DNA from: Thermoanaerobaculia bacterium
Lineage (GTDB): Bacteria > Acidobacteriota > Thermoanaerobaculia > Multivoradales > Multivoraceae
Length of the DNA: 64,000 bases
Reading direction: 5' to 3'
Assembly (NCBI GenBank): GCA_035546295.1
Contig: DATKBT010000076.1
Location: forward strand, 804-64,803
Made by a program: the position numbers and the translations under genes. Shown piece after piece: positions 49,561 through 57,687 of this stretch; position 1 is the first letter of the stretch; the number at the start of each line of letters is the position of its first letter. The notes below the pieces were generated by a model. The model was not told where the DNA came from. It saw only the letters and a list, made by a program, of their open reading frames with translations, and ran no database searches.

Positions 49561-51213
49561 TTGTCATCCGCACGCCCTAGGAGCCGCCGCAAGGGAAGCG
49601 GACAGAAGCAGGCACGGCGCGCGCGCGCGGCGACCGGGGCGTCTTCGCGCGGGGCCCTTTCGGCGCCGCTGGCGCTGACCGCCGCGCTCGTCCTGCTGTC
49701 GTTCGCGCCGCGCGTCGCCGACAGCGCCGCGCTCGCCCGCTCCTTCTGGGGCGCGGCCCTAGCGCTCCTGGTCTGGCAGGTCGTCCTGCTGGCGCATCTG
49801 AAGCGCTCGCAGCGGGGGCGCTCGTTCCAGAGGGTCCTGCGCCCCCAGCACTACCTGCAGGCGACGGTGCAGCTCGCGGTGTTCGCCTACTGGGGATACT
49901 TCTGGCGACCGGTCTACGACTTCGCTCCGTTGCTGCTCGGGCAGCTGCTGTTCGCCTATGCCTTCGACATGCTGCTGGCGTGGTCGCGGCGCGACAGCTA
50001 CGTCCTGGGGTTCGGCCCGTTCCCCATCATCTTCAGCATCAACCTGTTCCTCTGGTTCCGGGACGACTGGTTCTATCTCCAGTTCCTGATGATCGCGGTC
50101 GGCTTCCTGGGCAAGGAGCTCGTGCGCTGGCGGCGGGAGGGCCGGCTGACGCACGTCTTCAATCCATCGGCGTTCGCACTGGGCGCCTTCTCGCTGGTGC
50201 TGATCGCGACCGGCTCGACCGAGCTGACCTGGGCGCAGGAGATCGCGACCACGCTCACCCGCGCTCCCCGCATCTATCTGTTCCTGTTCCTCCTCGGCCT
50301 GGTGGTCATGGCTTTCTTCTCGATCACGCTGGTGGCGGGCTCGGCCGCGCTCGTCCTGTTCACGTCCAGCGCGCTCTACTCGGCGACGACCGGAGTCCCC
50401 TTCTTCGTCGACTCCGAGATCCCGGCGGCCGTCTTCCTCGGGCTCCACCTGCTGGTCACGGATCCCTCCACCTCGCCGAGGACGCCGCTTGGCAAGGCGC
50501 TGTTCGGCGGCCTTTACGGGCTCGGCGTGCTCGGCCTCTACGCCCTGCTGGGCGCGATCGGCGCACCCACGATCTACGACAAGCTGCTGTGCGTACCCCT
50601 GCTCAACCTCAGCGTGAAGTGGATCGACGCCGTGTCGCGCTGGCTGGAGCGCCTCCCGGCGCTCGGCCGGTGGGGAGCCTGGGCGCCCGCTCGCGCCAAC
50701 GCCGCTCACATGGGGCTGTGGATCCTGTTCTTCGGCGCGATGACGGCTCTCGGATCGACCGACGGAACCCACCGCGGCGAGACCCTGCCGTTCTGGCAGC
50801 GGGCGTGCGCCGAGGGACGGCACAACGCCTGCCGTCGCCTGGTCCAGATCGAGTCCGCGTACTGCGGCGACAACTCGGCGTGGGCCTGCAACGAGCTCGG
50901 CGCCCACCTCGAAGCCGGGGCGGTCGTCGCGCGCGACCCGGACGGAGCCTGGCGCGCGTTCGCACAGGCTTGCGAGCTCAGATACCTGCCCGCCTGTTTG
51001 AACCTGCTCGACCTCGGTGCGCAAGCGGGTGACCGCCGGGAGAGCGAGCCGCCGAGCGCAGACGGTTTCAGCCGCACCGATCCGCGCATCCTCGACCTGA
51101 GGCTCCTGCTGCGCGAAGGAGGACCCAATTTGCTCGAGATGCCGGAGCGGGACCTGCTCGCTCGCGCCTGTCGGCACGGCTGGTCGTTCGCCTGCGAAGG
51201 AGGCGCGCGATGA
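49561..51213 (+). CDS. polytopic membrane protein with C-terminal cysteine-rich Sel1-like repeat region
   Basis: 550 aa; about 10 hydrophobic helices, then a soluble Cys-rich tail (ACAEGRHNACRRL ... AWACNELGAHLE ... AQACELRYLPACLNL); start ambiguous; its stop overlaps the next ATG (ATGA). Confidence 0.55.
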   Translation: MSSARPRSRRKGSGQKQARRARAATGASSRGALSAPLALTAALVLLSFAPRVADSAALARSFWGAALALLVWQVVLLAHLKRSQRGRSFQRVLRPQHYLQATVQLAVFAYWGYFWRPVYDFAPLLLGQLLFAYAFDMLLAWSRRDSYVLGFGPFPIIFSINLFLWFRDDWFYLQFLMIAVGFLGKELVRWRREGRLTHVFNPSAFALGAFSLVLIATGSTELTWAQEIATTLTRAPRIYLFLFLLGLVVMAFFSITLVAGSAALVLFTSSALYSATTGVPFFVDSEIPAAVFLGLHLLVTDPSTSPRTPLGKALFGGLYGLGVLGLYALLGAIGAPTIYDKLLCVPLLNLSVKWIDAVSRWLERLPALGRWGAWAPARANAAHMGLWILFFGAMTALGSTDGTHRGETLPFWQRACAEGRHNACRRLVQIESAYCGDNSAWACNELGAHLEAGAVVARDPDGAWRAFAQACELRYLPACLNLLDLGAQAGDRRESEPPSADGFSRTDPRILDLRLLLREGGPNLLEMPERDLLARACRHGWSFACEGGAR

Positions 51214-52175
51214 GGCGACGCAGAGCGTCGGGAGAGCAGCCGATCGCGGTTGGCGTGCTCGCCGTCTGCCTCGCCGTCTACCTCGCTGTCTGCCTCGCCG
51301 CTTTCCTCACCGCCTGCCTGCCGCCTGCCTCCGGCGTCCGAGCCGAGGGCGGGGGCGAGCTCCCGCCGACGGCAACGCCGACCGAGACCCCGGGGTTCCG
51401 CAGCGACGCCGGATACCTGCCCGACGACGAGCTGCTCGGCTTCGTCGAGATCCCGGCCGGCGAGCTCTCCATGGGAAGCGATGCGGCTCTCGATCGCCTT
51501 GCGTACGACAACGAGCGTTGGAACGTCGAGCAGCCCCAGGGCACGGTCGACCTGCCCGCTTTCTTCATCGGTCGTTACGAGGTCACGGTGGCGCAGCTCC
51601 GCGCCTTCGTGGAGGCGACCGGCCACCCGATCGACCCGCAGGCCCTCCAGGCGCCGCCCGACCATCCCGCGGTCCACGTGTCGTGGCCGGACGCGCTCGC
51701 CTACTGCCGGTGGCTGGAATCCGCGCTCGAGAGCTGGCCGGCCACGCCGCCGGCGTTGCGGCAGGCGTTGCGCGACGGGTGGCGGGTCGGGCTTCCGAGC
51801 GAGGCCCAATGGGAGAGGGCGGCACGCGGTGGCGACGCTCGGATCTACCCGTGGGGCGATGCGCCGAGGCGAGACCGTGCCAACTACCGAGCCACCTCGA
51901 CGATGCCGGTGGGCAGCTTCGAGTGCCCCGAGTGTCCCTTCGGCCTCTCCGACATGAGCGGCAACGTCTGGGAGCTCACCCGCAGCCGCTACCAGCCGTA
52001 CCCGTATGACGAGAGCGACGACCGCGGCGATCTCGAATCGGAGGCCCTCTGGGTCATGCGGGGCGGGCACTTCGGCGATCCGGAGAGGAACGTTCGGGCA
52101 TCCGTTCGAGGCGGGGTCGACCCCGGCGCCCGGCGGCCGTTCATCGGCTTCCGGGTCACCATCTCACGCTTCTGA
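51210..52175 (+). CDS. FGE-sulfatase (formylglycine-generating enzyme) domain lipoprotein
   Basis: 321 aa; lipobox LTAC; SUMF1/FGE motifs (VSWPDALAYCRWL, RLPSEAQWERAARGG, YPWGD, MSGNVWELT, RGGHFGD). Confidence 0.75.
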   Translation: MRRRRASGEQPIAVGVLAVCLAVYLAVCLAAFLTACLPPASGVRAEGGGELPPTATPTETPGFRSDAGYLPDDELLGFVEIPAGELSMGSDAALDRLAYDNERWNVEQPQGTVDLPAFFIGRYEVTVAQLRAFVEATGHPIDPQALQAPPDHPAVHVSWPDALAYCRWLESALESWPATPPALRQALRDGWRVGLPSEAQWERAARGGDARIYPWGDAPRRDRANYRATSTMPVGSFECPECPFGLSDMSGNVWELTRSRYQPYPYDESDDRGDLESEALWVMRGGHFGDPERNVRASVRGGVDPGARRPFIGFRVTISRF

Positions 52176-52294
52176 GCCCCGGTCTCGCTGATCCGCCGGA
52201 CACCTCGAAGCGTCGACAGGCGAGAGGGCGTCGCTGGGTTCGTGGCAACTGCCGTGCCCGCTCGAGGAGCCCTGTCCCGCCGACGGGCTGACGG

Positions 52295-53335
52295 TCAGGC
52301 GGTGGCGGAGCCGGGCTCCGTGATCCGCCGGCGCCGCCGAGCGCGGCTGGCGAGGATGCTGGCGACTCCGCCCAGAATGCAGAGCATGGCGGCCGCCGTG
52401 CGCGCGTCGAGGGACTCGCCGGCGAGCAACCATCCGAGCGCCACCGCGACCGCCGGGTTGACGAATGCGTAGGTGCCGACGGCCGCTGCGCTCACTCGCC
52501 GCAGCAGGTAGAGGTAGGCGGAGTAGCCGATCACCGAACCGAACAGGACCAGATACGCCATCGCCAGCAGCGACCGAGAGGAGACCTGGGAGGGCTCGAA
52601 GGTGCGCCATTCCCCCAGCGCGGCCGACGCGACCAGCATGAAGCCGGAGCCGCAGATCATCTGGAGCGCCGAGACCATGAGCGGCGAGCTCGGCAGCGGC
52701 AGCCGTCTCGACGCGAGTGATCCGTAGGCCCAGGAGACCGCCGCGAGCAGGAGCAGCAGCGAGCCCAGCGTCTGATCGTGCCGCACCGACAGCCGCGCCG
52801 GCCCGACGAGCAGAAGCACGCCGGTGAGCCCGAACAAGAGCCCGAGCCAGGTCGCTCGCCCCGGCGGGGGGCCCGCGAACAGACCGCGCTCGAGCACGAT
52901 CATCCACAGCGGGACGGTGGCGATGAACAGTGCCGCGACGCCCGAGGGAACGCTGAGCTCGGCATAGGTCACCAAGCCATTGCCGCCGAAGATCATCAGC
53001 AGCCCCAACACCAGCGACGACAGCCACTGTCGTCGATGGGGCGCAGGCACGCCGCTCAGGCGCAGCGCAACGTAGAGCGGCACTCCCGCGATCAGGAAAC
53101 GGGCGCCCGCCATCAGGAACGGAGGCACGCTCTCGATGGCGACCGCGATGCCCAGGTAGGTGGAGCCCCAGATCAGGTAGACCGCGGCGAAGGACAGCGG
53201 CACCAACCATCGCCCCGGGGAGTCGCGGGCGCCGCCATTCGTCGCGCCGCCGTTCGTCGCACCGACACCGGCGGCACCTACACCGGCGGCCACCGCCACG
53301 CTTCGAACACTCGACGTTGCCTGCTGCGTGCTCAC
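52295..53335 (-). CDS. EamA/DMT superfamily transporter
   Basis: about 346 aa with 10 TM helices in two EamA halves; start set at GTG 53335 (GAGGGAG 7 nt upstream), alternative ATG 53440; N-terminus encoded by short tandem repeats (AAGVGAAGVGATNGGATNGGA). Confidence 0.7.
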   Translation of the reverse strand: MSTQQATSSVRSVAVAAGVGAAGVGATNGGATNGGARDSPGRWLVPLSFAAVYLIWGSTYLGIAVAIESVPPFLMAGARFLIAGVPLYVALRLSGVPAPHRRQWLSSLVLGLLMIFGGNGLVTYAELSVPSGVAALFIATVPLWMIVLERGLFAGPPPGRATWLGLLFGLTGVLLLVGPARLSVRHDQTLGSLLLLLAAVSWAYGSLASRRLPLPSSPLMVSALQMICGSGFMLVASAALGEWRTFEPSQVSSRSLLAMAYLVLFGSVIGYSAYLYLLRRVSAAAVGTYAFVNPAVAVALGWLLAGESLDARTAAAMLCILGGVASILASRARRRRRITEPGSATA

Positions 53336-53419
53336 GTCTTCGCTCCCTCGGGGCCGAAGCTCGAGACCCCGGCCAGGCCCCCGACTCGACGAGGACTCTG
53401 GCACGCGAAGGTCAAGCAG

Positions 53420-53475
53420 TACAGATACAGAGGAAGCCATCTGTTACCATTACAGATGTCTCGAGCTTCATCTGT
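53420..53475. promoter_or_regulatory. two inverted repeats ACAGAT-N12-ATCTGT spaced 6 bp apart (candidate MocR operator) in the EamA/MocR divergent intergenic
   Basis: tacagatacagaggaagccatctgttaccattacagatgtctcgagcttcatctgtg: ACAGAT at 53422 and 53452, ATCTGT at 53440 and 53470; centres 30 bp apart. Confidence 0.45.
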
Positions 53476-53518
53476 GCCTCCCCTGGCGAACCTGCCGCGC
53501 CATCGACCCGCGACGCTC

Positions 53519-55069
53519 ATGACCGCTCCTGCTCTCACCCTGCCGTCGCTCGAACCGGCTCCTGCCGTCCTGCTGTACGAGCAGGTCGCCGAGCGCCTCC
53601 AGACCCTGATCGAGGGTGGGGGTCTGCAGCCCGGCGACCGCGCTCCCTCGGTGCGACGGCTCAGCCGCGACCTGGGCGTGAGCATCAGCACCGTCGTGCA
53701 GGCCTACCGGCTGCTCGAGGATCGGGGGCTGGTCGAGGCGCGAGCGAAGTCGGGTTTCTTCGTCTCGGCGCGACCGCTCGCGCCCCCGCCTCCCGCCAAG
53801 ACCCGCAGCGCCCGCCGCGCCACCGTGCCCGAGACGGTGGAGCTGATCCTGCGCGTGCGCCGGCTCGCCAACGCGCGTGACCTGGTTCCCTTCGGCGCAG
53901 CGGTCGCGAGCTCGTCGTTCCTGCCGATCCAGCCCCTGCATCGTGCGTTGGCGCGGGCCGTTCGCGAGCACCCGGAGGAGGCCAACGCCTACGACGACCT
54001 CGCCGGCTGCCCGCAGCTGCGGCGCCAGCTCGCGCGACGGGCGATGGCGGCGGGCTGCACCCTGTCCCCCGACGAGATCCTCACGACGAGCGGAGCCCAG
54101 CAGGCGGTCGCGCTCTGCCTGCGTGCGGTGACCCGGCCGGGCGACGTGGTGGCGGTCGAGTCTCCCACCTACTTCGGGCTCCTCGAAGCGTGCGCGGCTC
54201 TGCACCTCAAGGCGCTCGAGATCGCCACCGACCCCCGCGACGGCATCTGCCTCGACGAGCTCGAGGCCGCGCTGCGGCGCCGACGGGTCGCCGCGGTAGC
54301 CCTGGCGCCGAGCTTCGGCAATCCGCTCGGGCACTGCATGCCGGCGAGCCACCGCCGGCGCCTGGTCGAGCTCGCGGTCGAACACGACGTGCCGATCGTG
54401 GAAGACGATGTGTACGGCGACCTCCACTTCTGCGAGCGCCGGCCGGCTTCGATCAAGTCCTTCGACCGCGACGATCGGGTGATGCTCTGCTCCTCATTCA
54501 GCAAGACCCTCGCGCCCGGCTACCGGGTCGGCTGGACCGCCCCTGGCCGCTATCGGGCGCTGGTGGAGCGGATCAAGAACGCCAGCTCGGTGGCCGCCGC
54601 CACCGCTCCCCAGCTCGCCGTGGCCCGTTATCTGGAGCGCGGCGGCTACGACCGGCAGCTCCGGAAGCTGCGCCGCGTCTACCGCGACCTCGCCACCCGG
54701 ATCGCCTGTCACGTGGGCGAGGCGTTTCCGGCCGGCACGATGGTCAACCTGCCGCAGGGCGGGCACGTGCTCTGGGTGGTGATGCCCGAGCCGGTGAGCT
54801 CGGTCGAGCTCTTCGAGCGCGCGCTCGAGCAGGGCATCGGAGTCGCGCCCGGTCCGGTGTTCTCGGCCAGCGGCCGCTATCGCAACTGTCTGCGCCTCAA
54901 CATCGCGCTCGAGTGGTCGCCGGGTGTGGAGCAGGCGATCCTCCAGCTCGGCCGTCTCGCGAAGCGCCAAATGGAACCGCCCACGCGGCCGGCGGCATCG
55001 ACCGCCACGCCGACTGACCGAGCACGCCATTTGGCCGGCACGTCATTTGAAAGGTGTCCTCTTCGTTGA
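53519..55069 (+). CDS. MocR/GabR-type GntR family regulator with aminotransferase-like domain
   Basis: 516 aa; N-terminal wHTH (LYEQVAERLQTLIEGGGLQPGDRAPSVRRLSRDLGVSISTVVQAYRLLEDRGLV) and class-I aminotransferase fold domain (SFSKTLAPGYRVGW with the PLP lysine context). Confidence 0.8.
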   Translation: MTAPALTLPSLEPAPAVLLYEQVAERLQTLIEGGGLQPGDRAPSVRRLSRDLGVSISTVVQAYRLLEDRGLVEARAKSGFFVSARPLAPPPPAKTRSARRATVPETVELILRVRRLANARDLVPFGAAVASSSFLPIQPLHRALARAVREHPEEANAYDDLAGCPQLRRQLARRAMAAGCTLSPDEILTTSGAQQAVALCLRAVTRPGDVVAVESPTYFGLLEACAALHLKALEIATDPRDGICLDELEAALRRRRVAAVALAPSFGNPLGHCMPASHRRRLVELAVEHDVPIVEDDVYGDLHFCERRPASIKSFDRDDRVMLCSSFSKTLAPGYRVGWTAPGRYRALVERIKNASSVAAATAPQLAVARYLERGGYDRQLRKLRRVYRDLATRIACHVGEAFPAGTMVNLPQGGHVLWVVMPEPVSSVELFERALEQGIGVAPGPVFSASGRYRNCLRLNIALEWSPGVEQAILQLGRLAKRQMEPPTRPAASTATPTDRARHLAGTSFERCPLR

Positions 55070-55085
55070 AGCGAGAAGACCGGCG

Positions 55086-55988
55086 ATGAGGCACCAGCAG
55101 GCGACCCCCCGAACCATGCTCGGGAAATTCGTGCGAGCCTGCGCGCGCATGGCCCGGCGCCGGCGCGAGCTGCTCGCCCTGCTGTCCCTGCTGGCAGCGT
55201 CCGGAGGGATGGCCCTGTTCTTCGCGATCGCGGACGTCGCCGACGAGGGCGAGCCGCACGCCCTCGACACCGAGCTCTTGCTCGCTCTACGCGCGCCGGG
55301 CGATCCCTCGGATCCGCTCGGCCCGGTCTGGGTCGAGGAGCTGGCGCGCGACGTGACGGCGCTCGGCGGAATCGGCCTCCTCACGTTCTGGACGTTGGCG
55401 GTGGCCGGCTTCCTCTTTCTCGATCGCAAGCCGCACGCCGCCTGGCTGGCGCTGGTGTCGGCGTTCGGCGGCATGGCGCTCGTCTTCGGGCTCAAGGGCG
55501 CCTTCGACCGGCCTCGCCCCGACCTCGTCTCCCACGGCACCGAAGTCCTGAGCGCGAGCTTCCCGAGCGCCCACTCGATGATGTCGGCGGTCGTGTACCT
55601 CACGCTCGGTGCGCTGCTGGCGCGGCTCCGGCGCAGCTGGGTGCTCCGCTTCTATCTGATCGGCGTCGCGCTGGTCCTGACGCTCGCCGTCGGGTTCAGC
55701 CGCGTCTATCTGGGCGTGCACTGGCCGACCGACGTCCTGGCCGGGTGGTCGGTCGGCGCCGCCTGGGCGCTCGGCTGCTGGACGGTCGCGCGCTGGTTGC
55801 AGCATCGGGGCGACGTCGAGGACGCGAGCGACGTGGATGCCGACGATCTCGCCTTCGACGACACTCGAGACGACCGGGGGATCGACCCGCAAGGCACCCG
55901 GCAGCGCGCGCACGGGCGGGCGAGACGGGCAGGCGGCGAACAAGCGACAGCCCGGCGAGTCGAGGCGTCGCGGGAACCGCGGACCTGA
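55086..55988 (+). CDS. PAP2 family phosphatase (membrane)
   Basis: 300 aa; acid-phosphatase motifs KGAFDRPRP, SFPSAHS, SRVYLGVHWPTDV. Confidence 0.75.
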   Translation: MRHQQATPRTMLGKFVRACARMARRRRELLALLSLLAASGGMALFFAIADVADEGEPHALDTELLLALRAPGDPSDPLGPVWVEELARDVTALGGIGLLTFWTLAVAGFLFLDRKPHAAWLALVSAFGGMALVFGLKGAFDRPRPDLVSHGTEVLSASFPSAHSMMSAVVYLTLGALLARLRRSWVLRFYLIGVALVLTLAVGFSRVYLGVHWPTDVLAGWSVGAAWALGCWTVARWLQHRGDVEDASDVDADDLAFDDTRDDRGIDPQGTRQRAHGRARRAGGEQATARRVEASREPRT

Positions 55989-56157
55989 TTGCACGATGAC
56001 GGCCGCAGGGCTCGGCGCCAATGCCGCGCTCGCGTCGTCGCTCCGGCCTGAGCTCAGCGACCCGAGCGCCGCTCGGGCGTGAGTCCCGAAGGGCAGATCG
56101 GAGCTCGGATCGGCGGCCGAGTCGGGCTTCGAGCCTCAGGCCGAGTCTGCGAGCCTC

Positions 56158-56622
56158 TCAGGCCGGGGCCGGGTACTCGTGCCGGCGCTGCTCGCTGCCG
56201 TCGGCCTTGTGGATCACCAACTCGCTCGGGGCACGCTCGCGGGCGAGCTCGCGCCCGGCCTCGACCGCTTCCTTCTTGAGCTCGAACGTCCCGCTCGGGC
56301 GCTGGTTGCCCGAGACCTTGACCTGCCAGCCGTTCGCGTTCGGCGCGACGTCGATCGTGGTGTCGGCGCGCGCCGACATCTTCTTCTTCACCACCACCCC
56401 GGCGATCGCGGCCGCCGCGGTGACTCCCGCAGCCGTCGCGACTCTCGCTGGCGTGAGCTTGTCGAGCACGCCCTTCACCCTCTGCTTCGGCGTTTGCTTC
56501 GGCGTTTGCTTCGGCGTTTGCTTCGACTTCTGCTTCGACCTCTGCTCCAGAGACTTTCTCTGAGCGCTCTGGGAAGGGGTGGCGCCCCCACTCGCGGTTT
56601 TCCGATTCGTCGTGCTCGGCAT
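56158..56622 (-). CDS. DUF2188-like protein with N-terminal Lys/Gln/Thr/Pro repeat
   Basis: 154 aa; C-terminal VAPNANGWQVKVSGNQRPSGTFELKKEAVEAGRELARERAPSELVIHKADGS resembles DUF2188; N-terminal KQTPKQTPKQTPKQ encoded by the 12-bp tandem repeat TTGCTTCGGCGT x3 at about 56490-56525. Confidence 0.6.
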   Translation of the reverse strand: MPSTTNRKTASGGATPSQSAQRKSLEQRSKQKSKQTPKQTPKQTPKQRVKGVLDKLTPARVATAAGVTAAAAIAGVVVKKKMSARADTTIDVAPNANGWQVKVSGNQRPSGTFELKKEAVEAGRELARERAPSELVIHKADGSEQRRHEYPAPA

Positions 56623-57011
56623 CGCTTCTTCCTCCGTGGGTCCGGAAGAACCCGGGGTCGTTCTCGCGTCGACCGGTCGCTCCCTATGCGCGATCCGGTC
56701 GATCTCCCTATTGAAGCAAGAGCCGAGCCAGGTGCGACGCGCGCTCGGACCCCTCCGGGCCTCGCCGTTTCGTCGGCCCCGGCCGCTGACCGGCGCGGAG
56801 GCGACGGGAGAGGCGGGAGCAAGACGAGACGTGCCTCACCGGGCTCACCGGGCGAAGGACGCGGCCTGGGACGCCGGTCGCTCGAACCCGCCCGTAGAGG
56901 AGACTCCCGGGCTGCTCACCGGGCAACTGCTGACTCCGTTCGACTTACCGACCGAGGGGAGGAAACTACAAAGATTTCGCGAGATCGCAACAGCCAGCTC
57001 GGCTCGGCGAG

Positions 57012-57306
57012 CATGCGCTTCCGCTTCGACTGCTCCGGCCGCTACCAATCCAGAGTGCGGCTGTTCCTCGGGACGATGAGGGTGCGTGAGGCAGGGGAGT
57101 TCCGCGCCTCCGACGGCGTGCTCCACCTGAGTCGCGCCGACGGGTCCCTCACCGCCTGGAGGTACCGTTTCGACGGCTCGATCCTGCGCCTCGAGGAGGC
57201 GCCGGGAGAATGGCACGACTACCGGCGCCTTGCCGTCGCGGCCTGCGCTCGACCGGCGAGCCCTCGAGACGCACGGCTCGAGTCGGCGGCGAAGCAACCT
57301 CTATGA
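57012..57306 (+). CDS. small hypothetical protein (97 aa), low confidence
   Basis: MRFRFDCSGRYQSRVRLFLGTMRVREAGEFRASDGVLHLSRADGSLTAWRYRFDGSILRLEEAPGEWHDYRRL has an alternating hydrophobic, protein-like pattern and high GC3; it is the tail of a longer noise ORF; ends 22 nt before the PadR start. Confidence 0.3.
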
Positions 57307-57327
57307 AAGAAACTCGTATAGTGCAGC

Positions 57328-57687
57328 ATGCCGCCTGGCCGCCCCCCGACGCCCGCTGCGCTCAAGCCCGTCGATCTCCACGTCCTGCTCGCGCTGCGAG
57401 CGGGTGATCGCCACGGCTACGGGCTGGTCCAGGACCTCGAGGAGCAGAGTGCCGGACGACTGCGCCTGGCGCCCGCGAGCCTCTACACGGTCCTGCAGCG
57501 GCTGCTCGACTGGGGCTGGATCGAAGAGGCCGACGTCCCGCTGGTCGCCTCGGCCGGTCCGCCGCGACGTCTCTACCGGCTGACCGGCGCCGGGGCGGCC
57601 GCGCTCGGGGCGGAGACCGAGCGCCTGCGCGACCTGCTGGCGCGCCTGGACTCGGGATCCTTCGCCGATCCGGAGCGCGCGCGGTGA
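57328..57687 (+). CDS. PadR family transcriptional regulator
   Basis: 119 aa; LHVLLALRAGDRHGYGLVQDLE ... PASLYTVLQRLLDWGWI. Confidence 0.85.
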   Translation: MPPGRPPTPAALKPVDLHVLLALRAGDRHGYGLVQDLEEQSAGRLRLAPASLYTVLQRLLDWGWIEEADVPLVASAGPPRRLYRLTGAGAAALGAETERLRDLLARLDSGSFADPERAR

